NCBI RefSeq assembly: GCF_000315625.1
Contig: NW_005434487.1
Span: 1-64,000, forward strand
Length of the DNA stretch: 64,000 nucleotides
Direction of reading: 5' to 3'
Source: Guillardia theta CCMP2712
Lineage: Eukaryota > Protista > Cryptophyta
Below, piece by piece: positions 24,501-36,656 of the stretch. The first letter of the stretch is position 1. Each line of letters opens with the position of its first letter. The notes beneath the pieces are model-generated. The model searched no databases and had not been told where the DNA came from. It saw only the letters and a list, made by a program, of their open reading frames with translations. The translations under genes were made by a program, and so were the position numbers.

Positions 24501-27500
24501 GTGTGCTCAATGGTGTGCGATAGGATGCAGAGGAGGATGTTTAAGACGATGAAACGAGAGGTGGTCTGGTGTTGGAGAGCGGTGACGATCCGATTCAAAC
24601 AACTGGTAGTCCGGTTTCAGAGGTCTCAAGATGATGTGTCATGAGTTGTTTTCATGAGATACTGTTGACAGGTTGTACATGTCCGTCATTTTGACATGTT
24701 GGAGCTCTGAATGCCTTCGACTCCGTCAAGCTCTGACGTCCTTGATCGACTTGAGAGCGCGACGCTCCGCAAGGTCAAAAGCACATCTCTTCCTCTCCTT
24801 TCCCCTCTTCCTCCCCCCTCTCTCCTTCTTGCCTCCCGGCCTTCTCCTCTCCTCTCCTCTCCTCTCCTCTCCTCTCCTCTCCTCTCCTCTCCTCTCCTCT
24901 CCTCTCCTCTCCTCTCCTCTCCTCTCCTCTCCTCTCCTCTCCTCTCCTCTCCTCTCCTCTCCTCTCCTCTCCTCTCCTCTCCTCTCCTCTCCTCTCCTCT
25001 CCTCTCCTCTCCTCTCCTCTCCTCTCCTCTCCTCTCCTCTCCTCTCCTCTCCTCTCCTTCGTGTGACATTACTTCACAGCCTTGCTTTCAACGCATTTGT
25101 TTGCCTCCACCACGAGAGGAAAAGGAGGAAGCATATCTTCAACGTCATCAATGGTTCCTTGACTCCTCCCAGACCTGACCCTCTTCGCGCACGAAAACAC
25201 TCCTCCCTCCCTCCTCCCTCCTCCCTCCTCCCTCCTCCCTCCTCCCTCCTCCCTCCTCCCTTCCTCCTCCACCTTCCTTGNNNNNNNNNNNNNNNNNNNN
25301 NNNNNNNNNNNNNNNNNNNNNNNNNNNNNNNNNNNNNNNNNNNNNNNNNNNNNNNNNNNNNNNNNNNNNNNNNNNNNNNNTTCCTCTCTCCCCATCCTCC
25401 CCATCTCCTTCTGTCTCTCCAACCCCCTATCTCTCCTCCTCCCTAGTTCCTCTCCTCCTCCTCCTCACTCCTCTTCCTCCTCCTCTTCCTCCCTCACTCC
25501 TCTTCCTCTCCTCTTCCTCCTCCTTCACCTCCTTCCTCACTCCTCCTCCTCCTCCTCCTCCTCCTCCTCCTCCTCCTCCTCCACTCCTCCCTCCTCCTCA
25601 TCCTCATCCTTCTCCCTCACTCCTCCTCCTCCATCTTCACGTCCTTATCCTCATTTTCATCCTCATCCTCCTTCCAGTGCCGTCAACTACTGGCGCAACC
25701 TCTCTGTCCTTAAGAGCTTCCGATGCTGGCTCGAAGTCATGGAGACGAGGAGGAGGCTCCTTCATCTCCTCCAGCGCCTCCGGGCAGCGAGGAGGAGGAG
25801 GCAGCTGGCCGGCCCGATCAACCTCCTCCAGCAGCATGCCAGGGGGGCGCGAACAGTTCGGCTGCAGCTGGAGAAGGAGAGGTGAGAAAGCTAAGCCTCC
25901 TTGTGCCCAGCTGAGCAGGAGCAGGCGGCTGGTGTCTGCGTCCTTCACCGTCTTCCTCAAGCTCCGCATCTCGACCATGAGGAGGGAGTTTGCGCAATGG
26001 AGGATCTTCATGTGGGAGAGGAGGAAGAGGTGAGGGGGAGATGGAGGATGTGCTGGGGAGCTGAGAAGAGGTGGAAGGCATGCCATCACCAAGGCCTTTC
26101 ACCGGGCGATCTTCTTCAGTGTCTGCTTCCCCAGCTGGCAACGTGCAGGTCAGCTGAGAAATCCCTTGATGTTGTCGGGCCCTCTTGACCCCCGGCGGCG
26201 CTAGCGAGGTCGCGACGTCGAGCTGCCGACATGGCGAGGAGGAGGGAGCGAGAGCTCTCGCGCCTTGTTGTTCACAGCTGGAGGTGAGCAGGGAGAGGAG
26301 GGGAAGGGAGCAGCAGGTGGAGCAGCAGCGGGGGAGGAGCGATGGGGGAAGATTCTGATGTTGGAGCAGTTGGATGAAGAGGACGTGGATGGCAGTCAAG
26401 TCAAGTCGGGGCAGGAGGGACAGCAGAAGGTCTTGACGGACTAGGCGGGGCGGGAGGGGAGGGTAATTCGTCTGCAGTGCCCAATCTTGTCTGGACAGTT
26501 TGAGATGTTACACGAATATCAAGAGCTGCTGCAGAATGGTCGTTAAGAGGTACTGTTGTTGTTGATAATGATGACGACGACGACGACGACGACGACGATG
26601 GTTATGGAAATGATGACGAAGAAGATGATGAACATGATGATGATGAACATGATGATGATGGTGATGATAATCATGATCATGATCATGATGGAAATGATGA
26701 TGATGATGATGATAATTCTCCTCTGATTTCTTGTCCTATCAGGGTGAACAACCTGAGGATTCAGCAAAGCTTTAAGGGGCTTGAGGTGTACATGCGAGCT
26801 GAGCGGAAGGTGAAGGAAACAGCGCGAGCGAACGAGAGGAGGTGAATAAGTCTTGACAGGGGGAGGTGGTGACCTGATCAATCTCGCAGAGCTTGCAATG
26901 AGATAACGAGAACACTTCTTCAAGATTGGATATCTTTCACACAGCAGAGATCAGGTCCAACCTAGCTCGCCCTCTCTCTCTCTTCCTCCTCCTCCTTCAT
27001 CCTTCTTCCTACCCCTTTCTCCTGCTCCCACTCTCGCTCTCCCTCCTCTCTCTCTCTCTCTCTCTCTCTCGTGCTCCCGTCGTCCTGACGTGCCTGGCAG
27101 GGCTGAAGCGGGTCATTCGCTACGTCAGGAGATGTCGAGAAAGATCGCAAGAACTGAAGGTACCGAACTCTTGCTCCCTCCTCCTCCTCTTCCTCCTACT
27201 CTTGCTCCCTCCTTCTCCTCCTCCTACTGCTCCTTCTACTACTACTACTACTACTACTACTGCTCCTTCTACTCCAGTTCACTTTCTCGCTTCCTCATTC
27301 GATCTCATCAGGTGTGGCGAACTTGGAGAGTTTTCATCTTCTCTTCCCGAAGGGACAAGCGAACAAAAAAAGTCTTGACGAGGTTGAGATGTCAAGATTC
27401 ATTCATAATGTTCTTCCTGACCTCTCCTCTCCTCTCCTCTCCTCTCCTCTTCTTCAGATCTTGGATCCGTAGGACATGTATCTCACTGGCCCATCAAGAG

Positions 27501-29568
27501 GCTTCGCTGATATTGGAGACATTGATAGCTCAACACAAGAAGAGGTCGACATTGAGGAGATGATGATGATGATGACGACGATGACGATGATGATAGAAGG
27601 GTTGACGATAATGGTGATGACGATGACAATTGTGTTATTCAGGACCACCTTCTCACATTTCATTGACAACCGTCAGCAAAAACGAAGTGAACAAGTGATC
27701 AGCAAGATGTTCAAGGTGAGGGGAGATGAGATGTTGGCAATATGATAACTCGTGTGTAGACGATCTATGCGGATATTGTCATGCAAAACGCATTGAATGA
27801 GTGGTTTCATAACAGCTTCAGGCTTTGCGAGGTGGTTTTCTTCATCCCCTCCCTCTCCCCTCCCCTCCCTCCCTCCTTCTTCGTCTCCTTTCCTCCTCCT
27901 CTCTCCTCTCTCCTCCTGCATCTCCTTCCGCTCTTCTCTAACCTTTCAGACACCAGAAGCGCGAACTTTCAGTCCTCAAACTGCAGGCGACCAACAGGAT
28001 GCGAACTCTAGCGAAATATCTCGAGCGCATGTCAAACTTCATCACAAGGGTTGACCTCGGCCATGCCTTTCCTGCCTTACCTGCCTGCAGGAGAGACTCA
28101 TCCTGCATCTGCTGTCCAGCTGCAGAGAGGTCAGGGAGAGGAGGGAGAGGAGAAGGTGCTGCGAGCGGCTCCTCTTCGACCTCTGAACTTTCTCCCGCAG
28201 AGCGATCGACAGGTGGAGGACAAGCTCGTCCGTGTCCAAGCAGATGACGAGCATCCGTCAAGGCTTCGCGCGCGCGAGTCTCAGGCATCCTGCCATCCTC
28301 TGCCTCCTCCCCCTCACCTCCAACGCAGGAACCTCCTTCTCCTCTGGAAAGACGCCTCCTCCTCCCTCCGCATCCTTCGCGTGGGCGCCGAGTCGATCCA
28401 GATCGTGCATGAGGTGAGCTAGCCGTCAAGCACAGGGAGAGGATGAGGCGAGTGCCGCAGGTCCGGCTGGTTCAGACTGTCTTGGTCCGGTGGATGCAAC
28501 AGGCCATATGCTCCAACTGGGAGGAACGAAGAGCGGGAGCGGGAGCGGGAGCAGGAGCGGGAAGCTCCGACGACTCCTCGGAAGGAAGTTTCCATGGGCC
28601 TGCCAGCATGCAGCCGCGACCCTGGGTAAGAAGAGGAACCGATGCTGATGATGAAGTTATGGATGAAAACTTGTATTTTGACGACAAGGAGGAGGAAGAG
28701 GAGGAGAAGGAGGAGGATAGGAGGAGGAGGAGGAGGAGGAGGATGACGCCGCACGCAGGGAGCAGCGAAGGCGCTGATGGAGGAGCAGCTGGCTCGAAGT
28801 GATGCCTACCCTCACCTCCTCACCATGTGACCTGCTCGACCAGGCGGACCAGCACGGGCGCCTGCTCGAACCCAGCTGGACTCGACGAGCTCTAGAGATG
28901 CGAAGAAGCTCTTTATGACTGTGTGCACAAACTTCCGCAGCTCGACGAGGAACGGCAGCAAGAGATCGAAGAGAGATGCCACCCTCTCCTCCTCCATGTC
29001 CCTCTCTGACTTCACCACGGCGGCGGCTGCTCACTGTCATGGCAGGACCAGATCGCAGGTTCCGCATCCTCCTACGACCCCTGGTAAGATCCTCCTCCTC
29101 CTCCTCCTCCCTATCCCCCTTTCTTCCACTCCTTTCAACACTCTCCTCCACTCTTCTCGTTCCTCCCACTCCTCTCTCACTCTCTCTTATTTCTCTTCTC
29201 CCTCCTCCCTCCCTCTCTTCACTTCCCGCACGCAGGAGGCTACCGCAGGCGCGTCCATGACTGGAAGTACAAAGGGACTCCAGGAGGAGTGAGCGCGACA
29301 ACGCCGGAGAGAGCCAACACAGTGAGGAGGTTCAACGCAGTTGTGCTTGAGTCCCCGATGATGCCTCTGCTCTCCTTGACGGAGCTGGAGACGTGAGTTC
29401 CTCTCCTCCTCTGACTCGCTCTTCCCTCCTCTCCTCCCTTGTCTGTATCCTCATCCACCTCCCTCCCTGTGCTCCTTTCTAACGCTTAATTGTTCATGCG
29501 CGCTGGAAACCTGCGACAGTGAGTCGAGGATAGCTGATGCTTACCGCGTGCTTGATGACAGCGACTGA
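15530..29568 (+). CDS. Sfi1-like centrin-binding repeat protein, very many exons (spans a gap)
   Basis: N-terminus MKTVSDKDLHVLQEII...VLKSYSIILRKHGLSPSEDTFFYRLLLQMSMDGSGDWWRR resembles the Sfi1-family N-terminal domain as recalled; dozens of basic helical repeats with spaced Trp (KKFYNQW, KQLKSWK, GILTRWR, KKAFRWWK, RRCLRAWK, RREFAQWR); ends ...RVLDDSD*. Confidence 0.8.
18963..19085. repeat. (CCTCT)n intronic microsatellite
   Basis: Direct reading. Confidence 0.95.
23190..23480. repeat. 24-bp minisatellite, ~12 copies, intronic
   Basis: Unit CAAGCTGTTGTTTTACATGTTGT(T/G) with variant units. Confidence 0.9.
24843..25056. repeat. (CCTCT)n intronic microsatellite
   Basis: Direct reading. Confidence 0.95.
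25281..25380. other. Assembly gap (100 N)
   Basis: N run. Confidence 1.
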
Positions 29569-29751
29569 AGTCCAATGAAACCTGTCACAAGGACAAATCG
29601 ATCGATCGGAGCCACGATGACATTAATACTGTACGCATGTCTGTTTCAAAGTAATGATGTTTAATGTAAGTCTAGGCATATGATACAAAATGAAGTAATG
29701 TAACTAGTATTTCACTCAACAACCAACACATCTACTTGACAAGTTAAACGT

Positions 29752-30849
29752 TTATCTACTTCTTCCCTCCATCTCTGGCCCTGGCGGAGTAGACTCACGG
29801 AAACATTGCCGTTTCATCCACTCCTCAGGTCCACGAGGGTAAATTTCATCTTCAACCTCGAATTTTCGCTTCCTCTTTCGCTCATCAACTAGAGCCTGAA
29901 GACCCAAAGGAAACGAGTACGAGCTACCTGACTGCAGATCTGCACTCAAGAAAGAATGATACACTCGAGCATCTGAGCTGCCCTCTTTCTCATTCTCGTT
30001 CTCACGTGTACATCCGCTGCGTTCCTCAAAACACCCTATTCTCTGCTCAACAGCCTCAAGCCGTCGACCTCGCGTGCAAGCACATTCAGAGAAGAAAGGG
30101 TGTTTCAAAGCTTGTGAGGGCAGGGGTCGCATACGCCAGTCACAAGACAACAGGTTGTTCAACAGATCCAAACCATGGTTGCACAGCGATCCGTCAACAA
30201 GCTCGTCGACACCGTTCTGTCCAGCAGCTCTGTCGCAAGCCGTGTCTTCAAAAGAGCTACGAATTTCAAGATCGTCACTCTTGAAGGAGTAACCAAGATA
30301 ATCACAATGAAGACTTAGAAGATCAAACGTGGTTTCCGCCGACTCGAACAAAGGAGCGCCATTCACCAGTTCCGCAAGCATGCAGCCAACCGCCCACATA
30401 TCCACAGCTTGCGCTGAAGGTGTGGCAGTCCTACAATGCAGCAAGTCAGCTACGCCCTGCACAAGCAATTCTGGAGGGCGATTCCAGAGCGATGCTTGGT
30501 CGCAGGTTCGCGGACTTCCATCTACCTGCAAGTATTCAAAAGGATTTTCTCGGGTGAGTCTCTTCGACCACTGACCATCGCGATCTCGTGAGATAAGCGT
30601 TTCTCCGTTGCAATCCAGTATCTCGTAAATTTCGCCATCACATTTTACGTGTTTCCAAGTGAGATTTCCATGAACTAATCCATCCGTATGCATAGCATCC
30701 AGTGCCTCAAGCAATCGCCTGAGGGAAGATCGTACATTGTCGAGCCGTTGGCACGTTGTATCATCGCCAATCTCATTGAGGCAAGCGGCATCTGAACGTG
30801 CTGCCATTTTACACAAAAACAAGAACCCAAAGAATACCCGAATCCACAA
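29752..30849 (-). CDS. CDK-like (CMGC) kinase C-lobe, probable pseudokinase; 5' end uncertain
   Basis: SLWNRPPELL, VDMWAVGCMLAEL..GAPLF, GLDLLNNLL...R...QALKHPFF; HRD replaced by HGN, DFG by DCN. Confidence 0.8.
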   Translation of the reverse strand: MWIRVFFGFLFLCKMAARSDAACLNEIGDDTTCQRLDNVRSSLRRLLEALDAMHTDGLVHGNLTWKHVKCDGEIYEILDCNGETLISRDRDGQWSKRLTRENPFEYLQVDGSPRTCDQASLWNRPPELLVQGVADLLHCRTATPSAQAVDMWAVGCMLAELVNGAPLFESAETTFDLLSLHCDYLGYSFKSDDLEIRSSFEDTACDRAAGQNGVDELVDGSLCNHGLDLLNNLLSCDWRMRPLPSQALKHPFFSECACTRGRRLEAVEQRIGCFEERSGCTRENENEKEGSSDARVYHSFLSADLQSGSSYSFPLGLQALVDERKRKRKFEVEDEIYPRGPEEWMKRQCFRESTPPGPEMEGRSR

Positions 30850-31764
30850 GGGACCGCAGGGGCTGGAATCAAATCTGGGCTTGTGATAAACTTGCAGAAC
30901 GCAAGTCAGAAGCTGTTCGAGCAGGAAAGGCGTTGAAGAAATCCGGTACCCAAGGCAGAAAGCGGTCGCCTCAACACAAAGTCGTCTAGACGAGCCGGCT
31001 ATAACCTTGCAAGCTGTAAAGGAGCAAGCTTACAAAGAGAAATGAAACCCTAGTTTGCCAATCTAATGCTCCCGATACCTTGAGTTCCTAGCCTCTGTCT
31101 ATCAGTGATGAGCGAACTCGACGAAGTTGCTGTCTGACGCCTCCGTAGCAAAGCTTCCAAGGACGAATCAGAAAGTTTCGAAACACTCAATCCCTCCTCC
31201 TTTCAAGACCAGGCACCAGCAGGGTGTGGGAATGCAAGTAGAAGAGGAACCCCAGAACCCAGGAGAAAGACCAACCAGGATGCACCAAAGCGCACACCAC
31301 GCTAATCGGCAGAGCCGAGCGCAAAGATACCTTAAGCTGACCAAAAAGTGGTCAAAAACAACGCAGATAAACGCTACTACAGGCACTAAGACAGAAGCCG
31401 AAAGCTATGCTGCACTCTCACAAGACCCAAAAGAGGAGAGACAAGACAACAGTGCAGAAAGGATCGACCTTGTAAGACTGTCTGAGAGAGAAATCAACTC
31501 AAGAGATCTCCTAAGTGCTCGAGTTACAGGAAAGCAACTAGCAGGAGAAACACAAGGCCCGCAGGAGAGTTGAGGTGAGGAAGCTAGTGGGACTCAGAGG
31601 AGGAGAAGGAAGTGAGAGGAGAGGAAGGATACTAGCGAGAAGAGGAGAGGAGAGAAGAAGGAGCAGGAGAGAAGAGCGGGAAGAGACCGAGCGCAAGGAG
31701 GGGAGGGAAGGGATGCGCGAGGAGCGGGATGGTCGAGGAAGTGCAGGGACACGCTGTGAACACA

Positions 31765-32290
31765 GTAGGTGGGGTGGTCGTCCGTTGGGGGGTCAAGGGA
31801 TTGAAATCTATAGAGAATTTGAAGAAGTAAGTATCAAACTTTACTTTTAATTTTGAAAAATTATAAATAAAGTTTGAATATTTGATAATGTTTGAGAATG
31901 GACCAAAACAAGAAGGGGTGATGGTGAAGGTGGGTGGGTTTTTTTTCACACTTTTAAAAACATAAAAATATTCAAAAAAAAATATTTATAGTTGTAAAGT
32001 GTACGGGAAAATTGTACTTTTGAGAAAAATATTTCCTACTAAGTTGTTAGATTGATCTAAATTTAGATTATATTTTATGATATAAGTATTGATAGGTACA
32101 GCTGTTTCATTCTTTGCTAAGAAATTTAGTATGAAAATCTAAATATTGGTATTGTAAAGTGTGTTGGCCCTGACCGAATATGAAAACGGTTCTGAAACGG
32201 TCCTGATACAGACTTGCGGCTGAGTGATGGCACCACCCGGTGTTCCATCGGCCCCGGCGCGGACCGGGCCCTGAGTCAGCGATTCAACAA
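31765..32290. promoter_or_regulatory. Divergent intergenic cassette 3: GGGGT motifs, AT-rich block, GC-rich CCGG block with TGAGTCA
   Basis: Between kinase and secreted-protein gene heads; TGAGTCA at 32272. Confidence 0.45.
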
Positions 32291-32472
32291 AAACATTGAC
32301 TAGTGAAAACTCAATGAAGAGAAGACAGTCTGCGTTTCCGGATGTTGTAGAGAACCTGAGAGGGAGAGGGGAGCAATGATATGATCCGATCAGGTCGTAC
32401 AGTTACATGATGATCAGGTTGCACATGGCATGTTCGCTGCCATGTCTCGTTCACCGCGTTCAGCCCTACAGG

Positions 32473-35400
32473 ATGTCAGTGATGATTCAAGTCATCGGGC
32501 TCTTCCTCCTCAGCATGTCCTTGAATGCGGCGCAGGACACGTGCGATGCAGGCGGGGGTTTGGTCTACTCCTTTACCTTCTGCCCCAACGCCTTCTGTCT
32601 CGCCGGCTCCTACAGCTGCGCGCTGGGAGAGGTCGGCAGTTTCTCCATGGCAGAGAACTTGACAGGATGTCTGAGCGACTGCGACAGAGAGGCAGGATGC
32701 AGCCTGGCGACTTGGTGCCCCCTGTGCTCGAGCCCTAGATGCTTCCTCTTCACGTCCTGCAACGTGTGGGAGAGGAATCCCGTCGTCCTCGACCCCCTCC
32801 TGGGCATCAACGACATCTGCGAGGTTGAGAGGGAGACGAGAGGAAAGGAAGGATGAAAGAAAATAGACACAGAGAGGAGAGGAGAGGAGAGGAGAGAAGG
32901 AGAGGAGGGGACAGACTCGGAGAAGGAGAGGAGGGGAGGGGAGGAGGGGAAGGGAGAGGAGGGGAGGGGAGGAGAGGGGAGGGGAGGAGAGGAGAGAATG
33001 AAATGTGAGAAGAAAAATGACGAGAGGAGAGAGAGGAGAGGAGGAGTTAGTAGGGAAGGAAGAGGGAAAGCAGGGAGGGAAAGAGGATGCGGCAGTTCTC
33101 TGACATGATCAAACGGTCAGGTTCCTCGCGACGATCGTGAGATTTCAGCGTTTAAAAATCGCGGGTGTGAGAAGAGAAGTCAAAAAGCTATTACCTATGT
33201 AATCAGCCTCATTCTTCACTGCTCACTTTCTCCTCTCCTCTCGTTTCGTCTCCTCCTCGCCTCCCACGAATCTTCTTTCCTCTACTCTTCTTCTCGTCTC
33301 TTCCCCTCGGTTCTTGTTTTTCACACTTCTTCGTTCTGTGTTTCTACTCCTCTTCATTTTTATCCTGTTTGATCAGATGAGACAAGGAAATGAATTGCTT
33401 CCTGCTGGTCAAAGAGACTGCCTTTGCGAGTGAGCTGAAATCCATCTCCTCTCCTCTCCTCTCCTCTCCTCTCCTCTNNNNNNNNNNNNNNNNNNNNNNN
33501 NNNNNNNNNNNNNNNNNNNNNNNNNNNNNNNNNNNNNNNNNNNNNNNNNNNNNNNNNNNNNNNNNNNNNNNNNNNNNNNNNNNNNNNNNNNNNNNNNNNN
33601 NNNNNNNNNNNNNNNNNNNNNNNNNNNNNNNNNNNNNNNNNNNNNNNNNNNNNNNNNNNNNNNNNNNNNNNNNNNNNNNNNNNNNNNNNNNNNNNNNNNN
33701 NNNNNNNNNNNNNNNNNNNNNNNNNNNNNNNNNNNNNNNNNNNNNNNNNNNNNNNNNNNNNNNNNNNNNNNNNNNNNNNNNNNNNNNNNNNNNNNNNNNN
33801 NNNNNNNNNNNNNNNNNNNNNNNNNNNNNNNNNNNNNNNNNNNNNNNNNNNNNNNNNNNNNNNNNNNNNNNNNNNNNNNNNNNNNNNNNNNNNNNNNNNN
33901 NNNNNNNNNNNNNNNNNNNNNNNNCCTCCTCCTCCTCCTCCTCCTCCTCCTCCTCCTCCTCCTCCTCCTCCTCCTCCTCCTCCTCCTCCTCCTCCTCCTC
34001 CTCCTCCTCCTCCCTCCTCCCTCCCTCCCTCCCTCCCTCCCTCCCTCCTCCCTCCTCCCTCCTCCTCCTCCTCCTCCTCCTCCTCCTCCTCCTCCTCCTC
34101 CTCCTCCTCCTCCCTCCTCCTCCTCCTCCTCCTCCTCTCCCTCCTCCTCTCCCTCCTCCTCTCCCTCCTCTCCTCTCCCACGTCCTTCCCTCCCCTCCTC
34201 CTCCCCTCCCTCCTCCCCTCCCCTCCTCATCTCTCATATGCATCATTGCTTCTTATGCATGCGATCTCTCATCTCGTGAAAATGATCGTGCAATCGACGT
34301 CTGATGACATCTCTACAGCCCGTACGTTCCCCCGGACAATGCCATTGTCACTCCTCAAAGCTCCGTTCACTTTGGGCAGGAGGTGCTGGTGGAGTGCGAG
34401 CAAGGGTTTTACGCGGAGAAGGAGAGCAGACCGCAATGTCTCGGTGATGTTGGGATAGTCCAGATAAATCACAGGTGAGGCGAATGCTTGTACCCTCCTA
34501 CTCTACTCCTCCTCCACCACCACCACCCTCCTCCTCCTCCCCTTCCTCCTCCTCTCCTCCTCCTCCTCCTCTACTCCTCCTCCTCCTCTACTCCTCCTCC
34601 TCCTCTACTCCTCCTCCTCTACTCCTCCTCCATTCTTCCCACTTCGCAGAGGTTCATAGCTGTTTGTATTCGAAAGTAGCTCTCTCGTCCTCTTCCTATC
34701 CCTTTGATCTCCTGCTCTTCTAGGTACACTCCTGGTCTCCAATCCTGCCTGGCTTGTCCGGCGGATTCTAGCTCCAGGAGAGGAAGCGTCAGACTTGCTT
34801 CTTGCTCGTGCAACGGAGGATACTTCAACAATCCTTCCTTCTCCCCCTCCTCCTTCTCCTCTTCCTCCCTCAACTCTTCCAACGTCACCTCGAACTCTTC
34901 CTCCCCCCTCTTCGCCTCCTCCAACTCCACGAGCTTCTGTCTCCTCTGCCCTCCAGGCAAGTACCGCGAGCCCTTCACCGTCGAGGTATGCCTCCTCTGT
35001 CCTCCTGGCACCTTCCAGCCCCTCCCGGGGGCTCCCAACGTGACCTCGTGCCTTGCTTGTCCGCCTGGCTCGACGTCTGCAGCAGGAGCTTCTCTTCTTG
35101 GCAGCTGCACCTGCGCCCCCGGTTACGCGGGCCGCTCGCCGTTCAACTGCTCCTCCTGCGGCTTCGGAAATTTCTCGAGCAGCGAGGGGGCTGAACGCTG
35201 CGAGCTCTGCCCTGCTGGCTCCTTCTCTGACGAGCTCTCCGCCACGACCTGCCACGATTGTCCACCAGGAACTTTCAGCTCCTCCTCCTCCTCCTCCTCC
35301 TGTTCCTCCTGCCCCCCTGCCTCCTTCTCCTCCGCGGGTGCCTCCCACCCCTCGGACTGCTTCTGCCTCGCAGGGTTTGAGGTGGACGGGAGCGGCGCGT

Positions 35401-36474
35401 GCGTCCCCTGCCGCAACGGGACGTTCAAGGAGGTGGAAGGGAACAGCAACTGCTCTCAGTGCCCGGAGAACTCGACGACGACGAGGACGGGAAGCACGAG
35501 CATCGCTCAGTGCGTCTGCCGTGCCGGCAACGAGGGAAGGGATGGGAACCCCTGCTCTCCTTGCCCTGCTGGATCCTACAAGAGCAAGGTGGGCGACGCT
35601 CCCTGCCTTCCCTGCCCTCCCTCCTCCTTCTCAGCTGCAGGTAGCGCCGTGTGCTCTCCATGCCCGGTCAACTCTACTCCCGCCGTGGGGCAGGCAGCGT
35701 GTGTCTGTGTTGCCGGGTACGAACCGTCACCCCCGCTCGTCTCCTGCTCGATGTGCCCTGAGGGGAAGTACAAGCCGACGGCAGGGAACTTGCCTTGCTT
35801 GTCCTGCCAGGCAAACTCCACGTCGCCGGCGGGGAGCCGAGCTTCCTTCAACTGCAGCTGCTTCCCTGGCTTCACGCGGGAGCTGGTGGTGCCCTGGTCG
35901 ACCTGCGGAGGAGGATGCGCCTGTTTCCCTTCCATCGGCCAGCAGGAGGGGACTATCAGCGACGGGCCGGGGGACTACCCGGTCAGGACCGAGTGCTGGT
36001 GGATGATAGGAGGACGCAACATTCACTTGGTGCTCAAGGAGGTGGACGTGGAGCGCGGCTTCGACTTCCTCCGGATCTCCTCCTGTCTCGATCCCTCCTG
36101 CAACGCCTCCCTGCCCCTCGCCTCCTTCACTGGCAGCGACGGAGTCAACGAGACCTTCTTCCTTCCAGCTGGAGCCTTCAGAGTTTCTCTCCTCTCAGAC
36201 TTCGGCATCTCGGGTACTTATCTCCGCGCCTACTTGCCCCTTCCCCCCTTGCTCTGCCCTCTTCCTCCCCACTCCTCCTCCCGGCTTTCCTCCCTGCTCG
36301 TTCTCCTTCACCTCTATTTCTCTCTCCTCGCTCTCTCCTACCGTTGGCCTTTCTTTCCCATCCCCCATCTTTCCCATCTTTCGCTCCTCACAAGCTAACT
36401 GCTTCTCTCCAGCCGCAGGCTTTGTCGCAGCGTGGCGGACGGACCCGGAAGGGTACTACTGCAATCCTCCTTGA
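32473..36474 (+). CDS. Secreted Cys-rich multidomain protein: signal peptide, PAN/apple-like, Sushi/CCP, GCC2/GCC3 (ephrin-receptor-like) repeats, CUB
   Basis: MSVMIQVIGLFLLSMSLNAA leader; CLSDC...C...CFLF; VHFGQEVLVECEQGF...QC exon 34319-34474; many CxxCPxG(T/S)F repeats; GTISDGPGDY...CWWMI...DVERGFDFL...SDFGISAAGFVAAW CUB; a gap may hide exons. Confidence 0.85.
33478..33924. other. Assembly gap
   Basis: N run. Confidence 1.
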
Positions 36475-36572
36475 GCGGGAGAGGATATGAAGGAAGAAGA
36501 GGAGGGTATGAAGGGACCTCGAAATCTTTGCATACAACAGCAACTTGGACTCTCTTCCCACATACCTCGATG

Positions 36573-36656
36573 TATCTCTATCTCTATTTCTATCTCTATC
36601 TCTATCTCTATCTCTATCTCTGTCTCTACCTCTGTCTCTACCTCTGTCTCTGTCTC
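36573..36656. repeat. (TCTATC)n-type microsatellite between convergent 3' ends
   Basis: Direct reading. Confidence 0.85.

Noticed and set aside
18785-25069. (RGEER)n / (LLSSP)n proteins
   Set aside because: Translations of intronic (CCTCT)n repeats
31127-31573. 148-aa plus-strand ORF
   Set aside because: Non-ATG start, no motif, antisense to the probable kinase 5' region
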